From an uncultured bacterium (GTDB taxonomy: Bacteria; Babelota; Babeliae; Babelales; Babelaceae), in NCBI GenBank assembly GCA_963848965.1, contig CAWKFG010000004.1:256001-320000 (forward strand): a DNA stretch of 64,000 nucleotides. Reading direction: 5' to 3'. Shown here in pieces: positions 1-9,332 of the stretch; the first letter of the stretch is position 1, and each line of letters opens with the position of its first letter. The notes below the pieces were generated by a model. It did no database searches. It had not been told where the DNA came from and saw only the letters and a list, made by a program, of their open reading frames with translations. The translations under genes were made by a program, and so were the position numbers.

Positions 1-1746
1 AACATTATACGGAGCAAGTGAAACAGATTCAAACATGTTAAGTGCTTTCAGCCGCTTAATAGTTTGATCAATTTTTTCTTTACTCCAGGGATCCCCTTCT
101 TTGTATTGTAGTTCACGCAAAATAATATCTGACTTTATCTTACCAGTACTTGCAAGCACCGTTTTTCCAAAGCGCACTTTTGCTGCATGATCAATATGCC
201 ATACAAGCATAGTACCATCTTTTTGAGTGACAAATTCAGGATGAACAGCTACATACAAACTACCCCTTTGCTTAAAGTATTTGAGTAACCATTGTCGCTG
301 TTCTTGTATCAAATGTACATCAAATGGCCGTGGCTTTTGTAGACTCGCCCACTCTTTAAAAGGCTCTTCTTTTAGTAGGTGAGGATATCCTGCTATAGTA
401 ATACCAGTAAGCATTCTTCTTTGACCAAGCTCTAGTGTAAGCACAAGTTCGTATTGCATATCTTCTAAAGGAACAAAATCTTGTTTTACTACTTTAAAAT
501 CCCAGAATCCTTGCTTAATATGTTCAGTGCCAAACTTATCAAGTGCGTTCGCAAGAGCTGCTGCATCAAAATAGGGCTGCTTTAAAAAATCTGTAAACGT
601 ACGCTTTATAAGAGTTTGTGTAGCAGGTGAGGTATCTCCTTTAACGCTTACAGAAGAAACGCGCATACGAGGCCCTTCATTAATAACAAAGTAAAATCGC
701 TCTGATTCTTCTTTCCATTCAACTTTTACCTGCCAAAAACCCTGTTTTTTATAAAGAGTACTAATATCTTCAGCAAGTAATGAAGGAGGTATAAGAAGAG
801 CAGAACTTCCTACCACTAAAAGCTCATTAAGAAGATGCTCAGAAGAGTAAAAGTGATTACCAAAAAATACAAAACGTTTTTTTTGGTACAGCGTAATAGT
901 AAATGAAAGAGCTACAGTCTTATCTTTTTCATGAATCTTTTTTGTAAGCTCTATTTTAGGATTAAGATATCCTCTATGCGAAAGGTAGGTTCTTACTTCT
1001 TGTATATGGTGTTCAATAAGCGATCGAGAATAATAATTAGTTCGTAATTTATCTAAAGATGCTCGTACACGCTCTTCTACTTTTTTACATTCTTCATTAC
1101 ACTGAGCTTCATGTACTTTAACAGAGACAGCACTATCATTGATAATAAAACGATCTGTATTCTCTAGATGTAATGTTACGAGTACTCGTTTTGTATCTTT
1201 GTCATAGGTAATATAATCAGTAACTTTTGCATGTAAATAGCCATTTTTTTGAAGTTCTTGTTCAACTTTTACAAGTGAATGCTGATGCTTAGCAAGGTCA
1301 AAAGGCTCGCCCGGCTCCAAGAGGTAATAATGCTCATACCTATCTTTGCCGACGAGCCATCCTTTAAATTTGACCTTAAAAAATGTCCATGCACTTTTAA
1401 GAGCGAAAGTAAGTTCTTTACCTTGAGCACCATCAACAGCTGTAATAACTACTGTATCAAACTTATTCTTTCTTTTTAAATGCCAACAAGCTCGCTTTAT
1501 ATCTTCAGGAGTAATCCACGATTGCTCTTTAAGAGAGACTAAATACCGAAGCTCTTTTTCTGCCATCGGTATATCTGAGGTAAAGATAAGCTTACTCAGA
1601 AAAAATCGTTCTTTAAAACTGGTGTCTACAAGCGAAAACTTCTCATCTGCTGTAGGTAATAAGCTAATATCTATACTGCTTGTAAAAAGCATACAAGAGT
1701 AAAGACTTATGCCTAGTATACAAAGTATTCTATAACGTACTACCAT
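1..1746 (-). CDS. BamA/TamA (Omp85) family outer-membrane assembly protein, N-terminal POTRA region; runs off window
   Basis: Not in ORF track. Manual translation from ATG at 1746 is open to position 1 (MVRYRILCILGISLYS...). POTRA-like motifs LYKKQGFWQVKV, FVINEGPRMRVSSVSVKG, IILRELQYKEGDPWSKEKIDQTIKRLKALNMFESV. Confidence 0.8.
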   Translation of the reverse strand, partial: MVVRYRILCILGISLYSCMLFTSSIDISLLPTADEKFSLVDTSFKERFFLSKLIFTSDIPMAEKELRYLVSLKEQSWITPEDIKRACWHLKRKNKFDTVVITAVDGAQGKELTFALKSAWTFFKVKFKGWLVGKDRYEHYYLLEPGEPFDLAKHQHSLVKVEQELQKNGYLHAKVTDYITYDKDTKRVLVTLHLENTDRFIINDSAVSVKVHEAQCNEECKKVEERVRASLDKLRTNYYSRSLIEHHIQEVRTYLSHRGYLNPKIELTKKIHEKDKTVALSFTITLYQKKRFVFFGNHFYSSEHLLNELLVVGSSALLIPPSLLAEDISTLYKKQGFWQVKVEWKEESERFYFVINEGPRMRVSSVSVKGDTSPATQTLIKRTFTDFLKQPYFDAAALANALDKFGTEHIKQGFWDFKVVKQDFVPLEDMQYELVLTLELGQRRMLTGITIAGYPHLLKEEPFKEWASLQKPRPFDVHLIQEQRQWLLKYFKQRGSLYVAVHPEFVTQKDGTMLVWHIDHAAKVRFGKTVLASTGKIKSDIILRELQYKEGDPWSKEKIDQTIKRLKALNMFESVSLAPYNV

Positions 1747-1814
1747 ACTCGTTCCTCTATTTTTCAGTACTACGCTTCTAGTATACAGCAAATTAAGAAA
1801 TGAAGCTTCTGCCT

Positions 1815-2093
1815 TTATTCAATAACGCGAAATACTCCTCTATAGTCTCGATCTTTTAAAAAAGGCTCTATTTCAATGTCTTGCACATCTGCTTGTGGTG
1901 ACTCTTTGTGTATTATATCTACAAAATCGTCTACATGCTCTTTTTCACCGCAGATAATTATTTTTACTTTACTACCCCCTACTGGCTGAGCAAGACCTTC
2001 AAGTTCAAATTTACGTGCATACTTTTGCACTATATCTTGCAAAAACTCCGTCTTTGGCTCCACTGTTAATGTTATCTTCAGACATTTATTCAT
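1815..2093 (-). CDS. acyP: Acylphosphatase-fold protein (divergent)
   Basis: 92 aa; KYARKFELEGLAQPVGGSKVKIIICGE and C-terminal FRVI pattern; canonical GxVQGVGFR motif is degenerate. Confidence 0.6.
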   Translation of the reverse strand: MNKCLKITLTVEPKTEFLQDIVQKYARKFELEGLAQPVGGSKVKIIICGEKEHVDDFVDIIHKESPQADVQDIEIEPFLKDRDYRGVFRVIE

Positions 2094-2193
2094 TATCCCT
2101 CTCCTCTTTGAAAATCTATATCCTACTGTTGATGAACATTAGCAAAGTACGCTCCCTAAAGTCAAAATTTATGCTATTTTTTTGCAATTTCTT

Positions 2194-2226
2194 AAAAAAA
2201 AGCACCGTGGCATAATCCACGGTGCT
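2194..2226 (-). terminator. Rho-independent terminator after ATAD3-like gene
   Basis: AGCACCGTGG-cataat-CCACGGTGCT stem with adjacent A8 (U-tract on minus strand). Confidence 0.85.
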
Positions 2227-2244
2227 TGAACGTATGTTCTGTAT

Positions 2245-3801
2245 TTATGCAGCTGCAGCTGCGTGCGGTTTACCAAATCCTGCAATTCCTGTTTTCTTCT
2301 GTTCTATCTTTGTGTTAGCAACATCTTGAACAATATCTGCAGTTAATGCTCCACTCTCAGTTGCATATGCTCGTGATTGCCACTCAAGAACAAGCTGAGA
2401 AATTTCACGCCCAACAAAGCCTTCAAGCTTTTTATTCAGAGCGTCTACTGCATCTTCATTTAATGCATTTGGTTCAATCACAATAGCTTTTGGTGCTTCT
2501 TTTGAACCAAAGAGACGACCTAAGAATGAAGTTGCTTGTGGCTGCAATTGAGATGGATCTTCTAAGTACTTATGAATATATTGTTTCAATATATGCTTAC
2601 GCTGCTCTGAAGCTGGTGCATCAATTTTTATTTGTTCAGCACAACGGCTTAAGAATGCACCATCAAGATCTTCTGGACGATTGGTCAACGCTATTACCAT
2701 AAAGTCACGAGTCTCTGTTCCAGTGTAGGTTAGAATATGAGTGAGTAGCTTACGAGTATTTTCACTTAAATTCTTATCTCTGTTTGCAAAAAGAATTTCT
2801 GCTTCATCAATAATAATCATAAGTTTCTTTGCAGACTTTTTAGCAAATTCAAAAAGCTCGGTAAGTTGGCTTAAAGCTAAATCAAGGCTCATGGTATCTA
2901 AAGCAGATGCAGCAAAATAAATATAGTCAAGACCACAGTTGTATGCTAATCGTTTTGCTAACATAGTTTTACCAGTTCCTGGAGGACCATAAAAAAGAAT
3001 ATTCTTTAAGTATGCTCCATTTTTTATGGTATTTTTTAACGATTCTGCAAGTTTAGAAACACGCTCTTGTAATTTTGGTTCTAGAATAACATCTTCTATC
3101 TTTCCTTGCGGCGGCTTTATACCATAGATAAAGTTACCCATTCTTTCACGCCATGTAAGCAATGATGTTTCTTGAGCCAAACGAGGTATTCTGTACCAAT
3201 GGCTAATCATTTGAGCAGCAAGAGCAGTACCATGTTTTGCACCAAATACACCGAGTGCTAAACCAGTACCTGCTAATACGAGCAATCGCGCATTCTTAGG
3301 CTCAGTACATGCTTTAATAACGTTATTGACGTTATCCCTCATTGCTTTTGCATTTTCCTTTGCATGAATACTTGCTTTTATAGCAGTTTTTTGCTTTTCT
3401 GTTTCTGCTTTTCGTTCATCTTCTTCCATTCTAAAAACACCTGCAATTCCTTCTTTTGCTACATCAAACAGTGCAGCTCCTGCTTTATCCCAGCGTTCAT
3501 TAGAATTTAAATGTGTTTTCTGATATTCAGCCTTCATCTTCTGAATTTCAATACGTTCTTCAGGAGTTTGAGCATCTCTCAAATCAGCATCAAACTTACG
3601 CATCTGTTCTTCGTGATTGCGCTTTCTTTGCTCAGCTGCATCTCGAATATTTCTGTCCATATCTTTTGCAAATTGAGCAGTTTCGTTAGCCCACCATTCA
3701 TGGGCATTAAAGTTCTTGTGGCCTCTCATACCATAAGCAGGGGCAGAGAGTAAGGGAATACTAAAAAGTAGCAAGTACTTTTTCTTACATAATAGTTTCA
3801 T
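2245..3801 (-). CDS. ATAD3-like AAA+ ATPase with N-terminal signal peptide
   Basis: Signal peptide, coiled coil, TM segment LAGTGLALGVFGAK, PRLAQETS, Walker A GPPGTGKT, Walker B IIIDEAE, sensor-1 TNRP, C-terminal EGFVGREISQL..WQSRAYATESGALT; same layout as eukaryotic ATAD3. Confidence 0.85.
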   Translation of the reverse strand: MKLLCKKKYLLLFSIPLLSAPAYGMRGHKNFNAHEWWANETAQFAKDMDRNIRDAAEQRKRNHEEQMRKFDADLRDAQTPEERIEIQKMKAEYQKTHLNSNERWDKAGAALFDVAKEGIAGVFRMEEDERKAETEKQKTAIKASIHAKENAKAMRDNVNNVIKACTEPKNARLLVLAGTGLALGVFGAKHGTALAAQMISHWYRIPRLAQETSLLTWRERMGNFIYGIKPPQGKIEDVILEPKLQERVSKLAESLKNTIKNGAYLKNILFYGPPGTGKTMLAKRLAYNCGLDYIYFAASALDTMSLDLALSQLTELFEFAKKSAKKLMIIIDEAEILFANRDKNLSENTRKLLTHILTYTGTETRDFMVIALTNRPEDLDGAFLSRCAEQIKIDAPASEQRKHILKQYIHKYLEDPSQLQPQATSFLGRLFGSKEAPKAIVIEPNALNEDAVDALNKKLEGFVGREISQLVLEWQSRAYATESGALTADIVQDVANTKIEQKKTGIAGFGKPHAAAAA

Positions 3802-3819
3802 AGTTGTTCCTTTTTAAGG

Positions 3820-5157
3820 TTATGCCGTTTTTCGTGTTTGAGGTTCTGGCACAGTATTTTCTAGATCCATATAGCTCTTATAGAGATTATATGCCTTCCA
3901 GCCAGCAATACATGCTATTGGAAAAGCGATAAAGAATGAAATTCGCGCATTGGCACTACTTTTTGCAGTCCACCATTGACGTAAAAGCCGAGCTGGCATA
4001 AATGAAATTGCATCATGACCTTTGGCTACATAGTCTTTAATATCTTTTTCTATTGCTTTTATCTCTGCCTCTGGTTTAAAAGACTCTTTTGCTTTCTTAT
4101 AGTCCTCAAGTATCTTTTTAAGTTCTTCCATATGATTTACTATATACTCTGCCCATAGTGCATTACTGCCATTATCAAAGAGTTTTACAGCCCATCCAAG
4201 ACCAATGAGCTCAATAATAGCACGGCCAGTAGGTGAATAAATCCATTCAGGTATGCCCCACTTAAACCGTTTATTAAACCATCCCATACCTGACACAAAG
4301 CTGTCTGAGCGATCACGTACAAAAGCAAGAAAAGGGTTTGAGCCCCATTGGAGCCACTTTAAAATCGATACAATAGAAATAGGCATAGAGTCAGATTCTA
4401 CTACTTCACCATATTCATTTTTTTCATAGACCTTACCATATCTGTTATCCCAGATAGATATATCTTCTAAAAACTTACTTTTAAGCAGCGTGGTAGCTTT
4501 CTCTACACCAAAGCGAACCATTAAAGGAACTATTGTCTCTTGTTTAAAGGGATTGTATTTGATTAAGCTATGATACTTTTGAATATAGTTTCGTAAAGGA
4601 TCTGCTAAGCTACTTTTCTTTCTTCTATGATTTACGAGCATCTTACCTAACATACTCTTTTCATCATACTCTTTTTCAAAAGCATCTTGTGCTTTTTGTA
4701 CTTTTTCAAGCTCATCAAGTATCTGCTGATAGTGCTCTTTAACGTGCCCTGTTATTTTAGCAATTCTGTTATTATGAATTCGTTTATAAAGAAAGATATC
4801 GCTTACAATATTTGCAGCAAAGAAGCTTCCTTCAACTGCATCCTTATTATAGATCCCAAACCGGGGTATAAATTGTGAAGAGCTTGCAGCTGTTGCCCAT
4901 AAAAGCGTATTCTGCCATCTAATTTTATTGTCTCGAGCTTCTTCTTTCTTTTTTTCCTGCTTTTCCTGACGTGCTTCTTCTTTGCGTATAATCTCTTCAG
5001 GATTTGCTTCTTCCAAAATAGTTGGTATTTCTCGTATAGTAGCATCTATCTCAGCTTGCTCTTCTGGCGAAAGCTTTCCTTGTGTATTTTCCATTGCCTG
5101 TACAGAAGACAGGATACACAATAGACTACTGACTATACCTATTTTTGCTCTCTTCAT
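3820..5157 (-). CDS. Hypothetical exported/membrane protein, likely co-transcribed with the ATAD3-like gene
   Basis: Probable start MKRAKIG at 5157; signal peptide ending VQA-ME; charged coiled coil; C-terminal hydrophobic helix; 18-nt gap to next gene. Confidence 0.7.
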   Translation of the reverse strand: MKRAKIGIVSSLLCILSSVQAMENTQGKLSPEEQAEIDATIREIPTILEEANPEEIIRKEEARQEKQEKKKEEARDNKIRWQNTLLWATAASSSQFIPRFGIYNKDAVEGSFFAANIVSDIFLYKRIHNNRIAKITGHVKEHYQQILDELEKVQKAQDAFEKEYDEKSMLGKMLVNHRRKKSSLADPLRNYIQKYHSLIKYNPFKQETIVPLMVRFGVEKATTLLKSKFLEDISIWDNRYGKVYEKNEYGEVVESDSMPISIVSILKWLQWGSNPFLAFVRDRSDSFVSGMGWFNKRFKWGIPEWIYSPTGRAIIELIGLGWAVKLFDNGSNALWAEYIVNHMEELKKILEDYKKAKESFKPEAEIKAIEKDIKDYVAKGHDAISFMPARLLRQWWTAKSSANARISFFIAFPIACIAGWKAYNLYKSYMDLENTVPEPQTRKTA

Positions 5158-5277
5158 AAAATATAGTTCCTCCATTCTAAAAAAACCCCCATAATTTTAA
5201 TGCTTTTTCTATGGTACCGGTTCTCCATTTTTTTATCAAATGGTTTGGCAAAAGGCACATTTTACTGAGAGATCTTG

Positions 5278-5844
5278 CTAACTTTGCAAAGTGATGCCCT
5301 TTATAAGGTATTCAATGAGCTTTGCTCTGCGTAGATGATCACGAGTAGACTCTTTAGAAAAACCACTACCAAATATAGCCATTCCCATCGCTGACGATAT
5401 AACAAATGCGCTCGCAGCTAGACTCGCCATCAGTTTTTCACGTTCAAGTTCTCTTTCCTCCTGCTCAAGGTGCGCTCTTACACTACGAGATGCTATTGTT
5501 TGAGCAATTTTGACAATCTCTATCTTTTCTGGAAGAGTCCTCGTACGTCTACCTTCAAAGTAAGCTCCCATAGCAACTCCTGTTATAGCAAGAAGAGCTC
5601 CGCTTACAAGTTTAACTATATCCTTTGGATGAAACATTCGTGCTTGTTTTTCACCTAATTTCACCGCCTTACGAGCATAGTCCAGGAGTTCTTCTTTTTC
5701 AGATGCAGTAAACTCACCTTTAATAAACCGTTCAACTTCTTCAACAGAATTATTTTTAATTGCATCAATAAAATTTTTCTGGATAGAAAAAAGTGAAACT
5801 GTTGTAAACAACATAGAAAGATATATACCTATAGTATATTTCAT
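5278..5844 (-). CDS. Small exported two-TM protein, paralog 1 of 4
   Basis: Probable start MKYTIG; DAIKNNSVEEVERF...KAKLIE-type family motifs shared with the next three ORFs. Confidence 0.75.
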   Translation of the reverse strand: MKYTIGIYLSMLFTTVSLFSIQKNFIDAIKNNSVEEVERFIKGEFTASEKEELLDYARKAVKLGEKQARMFHPKDIVKLVSGALLAITGVAMGAYFEGRRTRTLPEKIEIVKIAQTIASRSVRAHLEQEERELEREKLMASLAASAFVISSAMGMAIFGSGFSKESTRDHLRRAKLIEYLIKGITLQS

Positions 5845-5938
5845 CGTATCCTTTATAGTAATTACCCCTATTCCGTTCAAACATTAGAGAGGTAGTGCAA
5901 GAATTACATAGTTCTCTACCTAATAGAATGCTCGTATC

Positions 5939-6436
5939 TTATTTTTCTGGAGCTTCTTGAACGCAACTTTCAATTTTGCATGCTTTTTTTAAAGCTCGTT
6001 GAGCGCTATACATAGTCCATCCACGATGTGTTTGTTGACATCCTACATACGATAGACCACCTCCTCCTGCTGCTAATACGAGCCCAAGGAGAGTAAGCGA
6101 AAGTTCGTCACCCAATTCAAGTAAAAACATTACAGATCCTACAACGGTCATTGGAAGTCCTACGTTTAGTAATAAAAATAGACCACCTACAAACCGTACC
6201 ATATCAGCTCCACTGCTAAAGAGGCTCTTGGTCTTATCTTTATACATTTTTACAGTATCGCTAATTTCTTTTAAAAGCAGCTTCTTTTGCTCTTTAGTAA
6301 GCGGACTTTGCTGCTTTACTAATTTTCTTACTTCTTTTACATCATTATTATCTATCGCACTAACAAGTGAATCTACGCAAAACGTAGATGCTGTAAAGCA
6401 AACAAACAAAGCAGCAGGTATAGAACGTATTTTCAT
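5939..6436 (-). CDS. Small exported two-TM protein, paralog 2 of 4
   Basis: Signal peptide; SAIDNNDVKEVRKL..PLTKEQKKLLL; hydrophobic hairpin; ALKKACKIE. Confidence 0.8.
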   Translation of the reverse strand: MKIRSIPAALFVCFTASTFCVDSLVSAIDNNDVKEVRKLVKQQSPLTKEQKKLLLKEISDTVKMYKDKTKSLFSSGADMVRFVGGLFLLLNVGLPMTVVGSVMFLLELGDELSLTLLGLVLAAGGGGLSYVGCQQTHRGWTMYSAQRALKKACKIESCVQEAPEK

Positions 6437-6461
6437 AAATTCCCTACTAACATTATCACAA

Positions 6462-6496
6462 AAAAGAAAGCCATAAGAATCTTATGGCTTTCTTTT
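6462..6496. terminator. Intrinsic terminator hairpin within paralog array
   Basis: AAAAGAAAGCCATAAG-aat-CTTATGGCTTTCTTTT perfect inverted repeat. Confidence 0.8.
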
Positions 6497-6516
6497 GTCT
6501 TTTAACATACTACTTA

Positions 6517-7074
6517 TTAGAGTACCGGCATTTCTTCGATATGTTTTTCTATTTTTCGTGCTTTTTCTAAAGCGCTATGAGCACTGTTCATTGACCAGCC
6601 TTTAGAGAAGAGCCACCATGAAAGACCTGCTATAACTGCGTTTGCTCCAGACCACAGAAAGAGCGTTCTTTTTACTAATTTTATGTCTTCTGGGTTATCC
6701 AAGCCTTTCTTATGAAGCTCTCTGCGGAACTCTGGGTTATTTTTATAGAGCGAGTCTACAGCTAATCCAATGCCAAAATTAGCAAGTGCCCCTAACGTTG
6801 CAGAAACTCCAACGATACCGCCAACTCCTACTTTTAGCAAGTCGTAGCCGCTTCTAAAGAGACTTTCTGTTTTTTCCTTGCACTCTCTAGCAATTTCATG
6901 AGCTGTAGCAAGATATTTAGCCTTCTGCTCAAGGGTCAAAGGTTCATGATGCTTTGCTAAATGTTTTACTTCATCAACATTTTGTGCTTCAATAGCATCC
7001 ATAAGCTTTGACGTACCATTCAGCGCTATAGTACTTGTAAGCACTAAAGCAGAAACTAATAAACTGTATTTCAT
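6517..7074 (-). CDS. Small exported two-TM protein, paralog 3 of 4
   Basis: DAIEAQNVDEVKHL..PLTLEQKAKYL..ESLFRSGYD; ALEKARKIE. Confidence 0.8.
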   Translation of the reverse strand: MKYSLLVSALVLTSTIALNGTSKLMDAIEAQNVDEVKHLAKHHEPLTLEQKAKYLATAHEIARECKEKTESLFRSGYDLLKVGVGGIVGVSATLGALANFGIGLAVDSLYKNNPEFRRELHKKGLDNPEDIKLVKRTLFLWSGANAVIAGLSWWLFSKGWSMNSAHSALEKARKIEKHIEEMPVL

Positions 7075-7117
7075 AAAATACTCCTTAAAGATTAAACTAA
7101 TTACAAACTTTTGTTAC

Positions 7118-7621
7118 CTATTCTTTAAATACTGCAGCATTCACCAACTCTTCTATTTCATAAGCTTTATGTAAGTTACCAAGAGCGCTTGAGCGTAATG
7201 TTCCAAGATATACTTGCCATGCTCCCCCTACTACCATACCAGCTCCTAAACAAGCTTTTGCAGCAGACCATAAGGTAGCAGTTGTTTTTCCTTGTATTCC
7301 TTGCCACAATGTTCCGAATACTCCTCGTAAGCCCCACCCTAAGCCTAGGACTGCAGCTGTTCCTCCAAATCCAATTCTCATAAGATCAGTTTCACTTCTA
7401 AAAATAGACTCTGATTTGCTTTTATATGTTGAGATCAACTCCTGAACTTCATGTAAAAGCTGCTTCTTTTGCTCTTTAGTCAAAGCTGTTTCATTTTTTA
7501 AGAGCTCCTCTACCTGTTTTACATTGTTAGATTTTATAGCACTAAGCAGCTGATCTATACTAAAAGTTAAAGAAGTGTTTACAAGCATGAAAGCAGTTAG
7601 GAAAAAACGGATCTTGTTCAT
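7118..7621 (-). CDS. Small exported two-TM protein, paralog 4 of 4
   Basis: SAIKSNNVKQVEEL..LTKEQKKQLL..ESIFRSETD; NLHKAYEIE. Confidence 0.8.
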   Translation of the reverse strand: MNKIRFFLTAFMLVNTSLTFSIDQLLSAIKSNNVKQVEELLKNETALTKEQKKQLLHEVQELISTYKSKSESIFRSETDLMRIGFGGTAAVLGLGWGLRGVFGTLWQGIQGKTTATLWSAAKACLGAGMVVGGAWQVYLGTLRSSALGNLHKAYEIEELVNAAVFKE

Positions 7622-7772
7622 AAGATCTCCTTTACTTTATATAGAAACATATATCCAACTTATCCTAGAGTATGAAGGTTCTAAAAGTTCGTCAAGTGGT
7701 TCATAGTACTATATATACTATTTTATTTATTTTTTCTCACACACTGTAGTAATATCTAGTAAGGGGAGAGTT

Positions 7773-9083
7773 ATGAAAGTAGGAATTATTGGAGCAGGCG
7801 CTGCCGGACTAGCAACAGCCTGGCTCTTAGACAAAGACCATGAAATCATTCTTTTTGAACGGCAAGAGCGTATAGGCGGACATGCTCAAACAGTACCAAT
7901 CTCAGTTAATGGAGAGACTGTACCTATTGAAGCCGGATTTGAATTTTTTAATGATCGAATGTTTCCTTACTTCTCTCATCTTCTCAAGCTCCTGGGTATT
8001 CCTGTATGTGCTTATCCTCTTAGTTATACTTTTACTTCACGCCAAGGAATTCCCTTTATAGTACCTCCACTTCATAACGGTAACATTATCTGGCAATCAT
8101 TAACTCCTTCATATATTTCTACGCTTTTACAGTTTAAATATCTTATACATAAAGCTCACAAATGTATCTCTGATAAAGATACCTCTATTACGCTTAAAAA
8201 TTTTATAGAGCAGTTACACGTAACTCGCCATTTTAAAGATAATTTTTTTTATCCTTTTTTAGCTGCAGGATGGGGAACTTCACTAGAAGATTTTAAGACA
8301 TTCTCTGCTTATAATGTTTTAAGCTGGATCGTCAAAAACGCTCCTTCTGGTTTAAAACCGATTTTATGGAATGATATAGTATTTGGTACTACTTCATATA
8401 TTACAGCATTGGTACAGGATCTTACACATACTCACATTAAGCTCGGCTCTGCTATTAAACATATTACTTACACAAACAATAGTTACAGTATACAAGAAGA
8501 AAATGGTACAACAACGCACGTAGATACTCTCATTATAGCAACAAACGCTCATGAAGCCATACGTCTCTTAAGTGCAATTCCTGAAACAGAAGCACTTCGC
8601 TCTAACTTAGCTACTATTACGTACTTTCCTACTACTATTGCAATTCATGGCGATTATCGTTTTATGCCTCTCCATAAATCACTGTGGTCTATAGCAAATA
8701 TACGAACAACAAAGCATTATAGCGCTCTTACTATCTACAAACCCTGGAAAAGTATAAAACCCTTGTTTCGTAGTTGGATTACTCCTGATGATACTTACTT
8801 ACCAGAGCCACTTTATGCCCTTATAAAATATCGTCATGCTCGCGTTGATTATGCTTATTTTAAAGCTCAATCAGTCCTTGAAGAATGGCAGGGAAACAAT
8901 CAGCTCTGGCTTGCAGGACTCTATACTACCGGAATAGATTCTCACGAGAGTGCGCTTGTCTCTGCACTTACTATCGCTCAACAACTTGCTCCTCACTCCC
9001 AGAGACTGCATAATCTTATTACTCTTACAGGGGTTCAAGAACCTGAAAAAGCATTTTGCCCTCTTTTTATAAAGTATTCTTAA
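7773..9083 (+). CDS. FAD-dependent oxidoreductase (flavin amine oxidase-like, COG2907-type)
   Basis: GIIGAGAAGLATAWLL, FERQERIGGHAQT, C-terminal QG..QLWLAGLY..DSHESALVSA. Confidence 0.85.
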   Translation: MKVGIIGAGAAGLATAWLLDKDHEIILFERQERIGGHAQTVPISVNGETVPIEAGFEFFNDRMFPYFSHLLKLLGIPVCAYPLSYTFTSRQGIPFIVPPLHNGNIIWQSLTPSYISTLLQFKYLIHKAHKCISDKDTSITLKNFIEQLHVTRHFKDNFFYPFLAAGWGTSLEDFKTFSAYNVLSWIVKNAPSGLKPILWNDIVFGTTSYITALVQDLTHTHIKLGSAIKHITYTNNSYSIQEENGTTTHVDTLIIATNAHEAIRLLSAIPETEALRSNLATITYFPTTIAIHGDYRFMPLHKSLWSIANIRTTKHYSALTIYKPWKSIKPLFRSWITPDDTYLPEPLYALIKYRHARVDYAYFKAQSVLEEWQGNNQLWLAGLYTTGIDSHESALVSALTIAQQLAPHSQRLHNLITLTGVQEPEKAFCPLFIKYS

Positions 9084-9332
9084 CAGAGTACTAAGGAACA
9101 TGCATTAGCAGTGTATATTTACGTAGAGCCCGAGTATGCCATGAACTTTACCATTTCTAAAAAGTCTTTAATCGTCTTTGACTATCACATTACCTGAGCA
9201 CTGAAATTTTTACTCATTTTTTAAAAATCTCATCAGAATTCTCCCGTATTTATACTATTTGAAACAATCTCTTGAATCGACCTGCTTAAAATAGTTATTA
9301 TTAAAATAAAAAAATAATACATAGGAAAAGTT

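Noticed and set aside
7773..9083. Cyclopropane/modified fatty-acid gene cluster around the COG2907-type oxidoreductase
   Set aside because: The usual partner genes (cfa, DUF1365) are not adjacent in this window.
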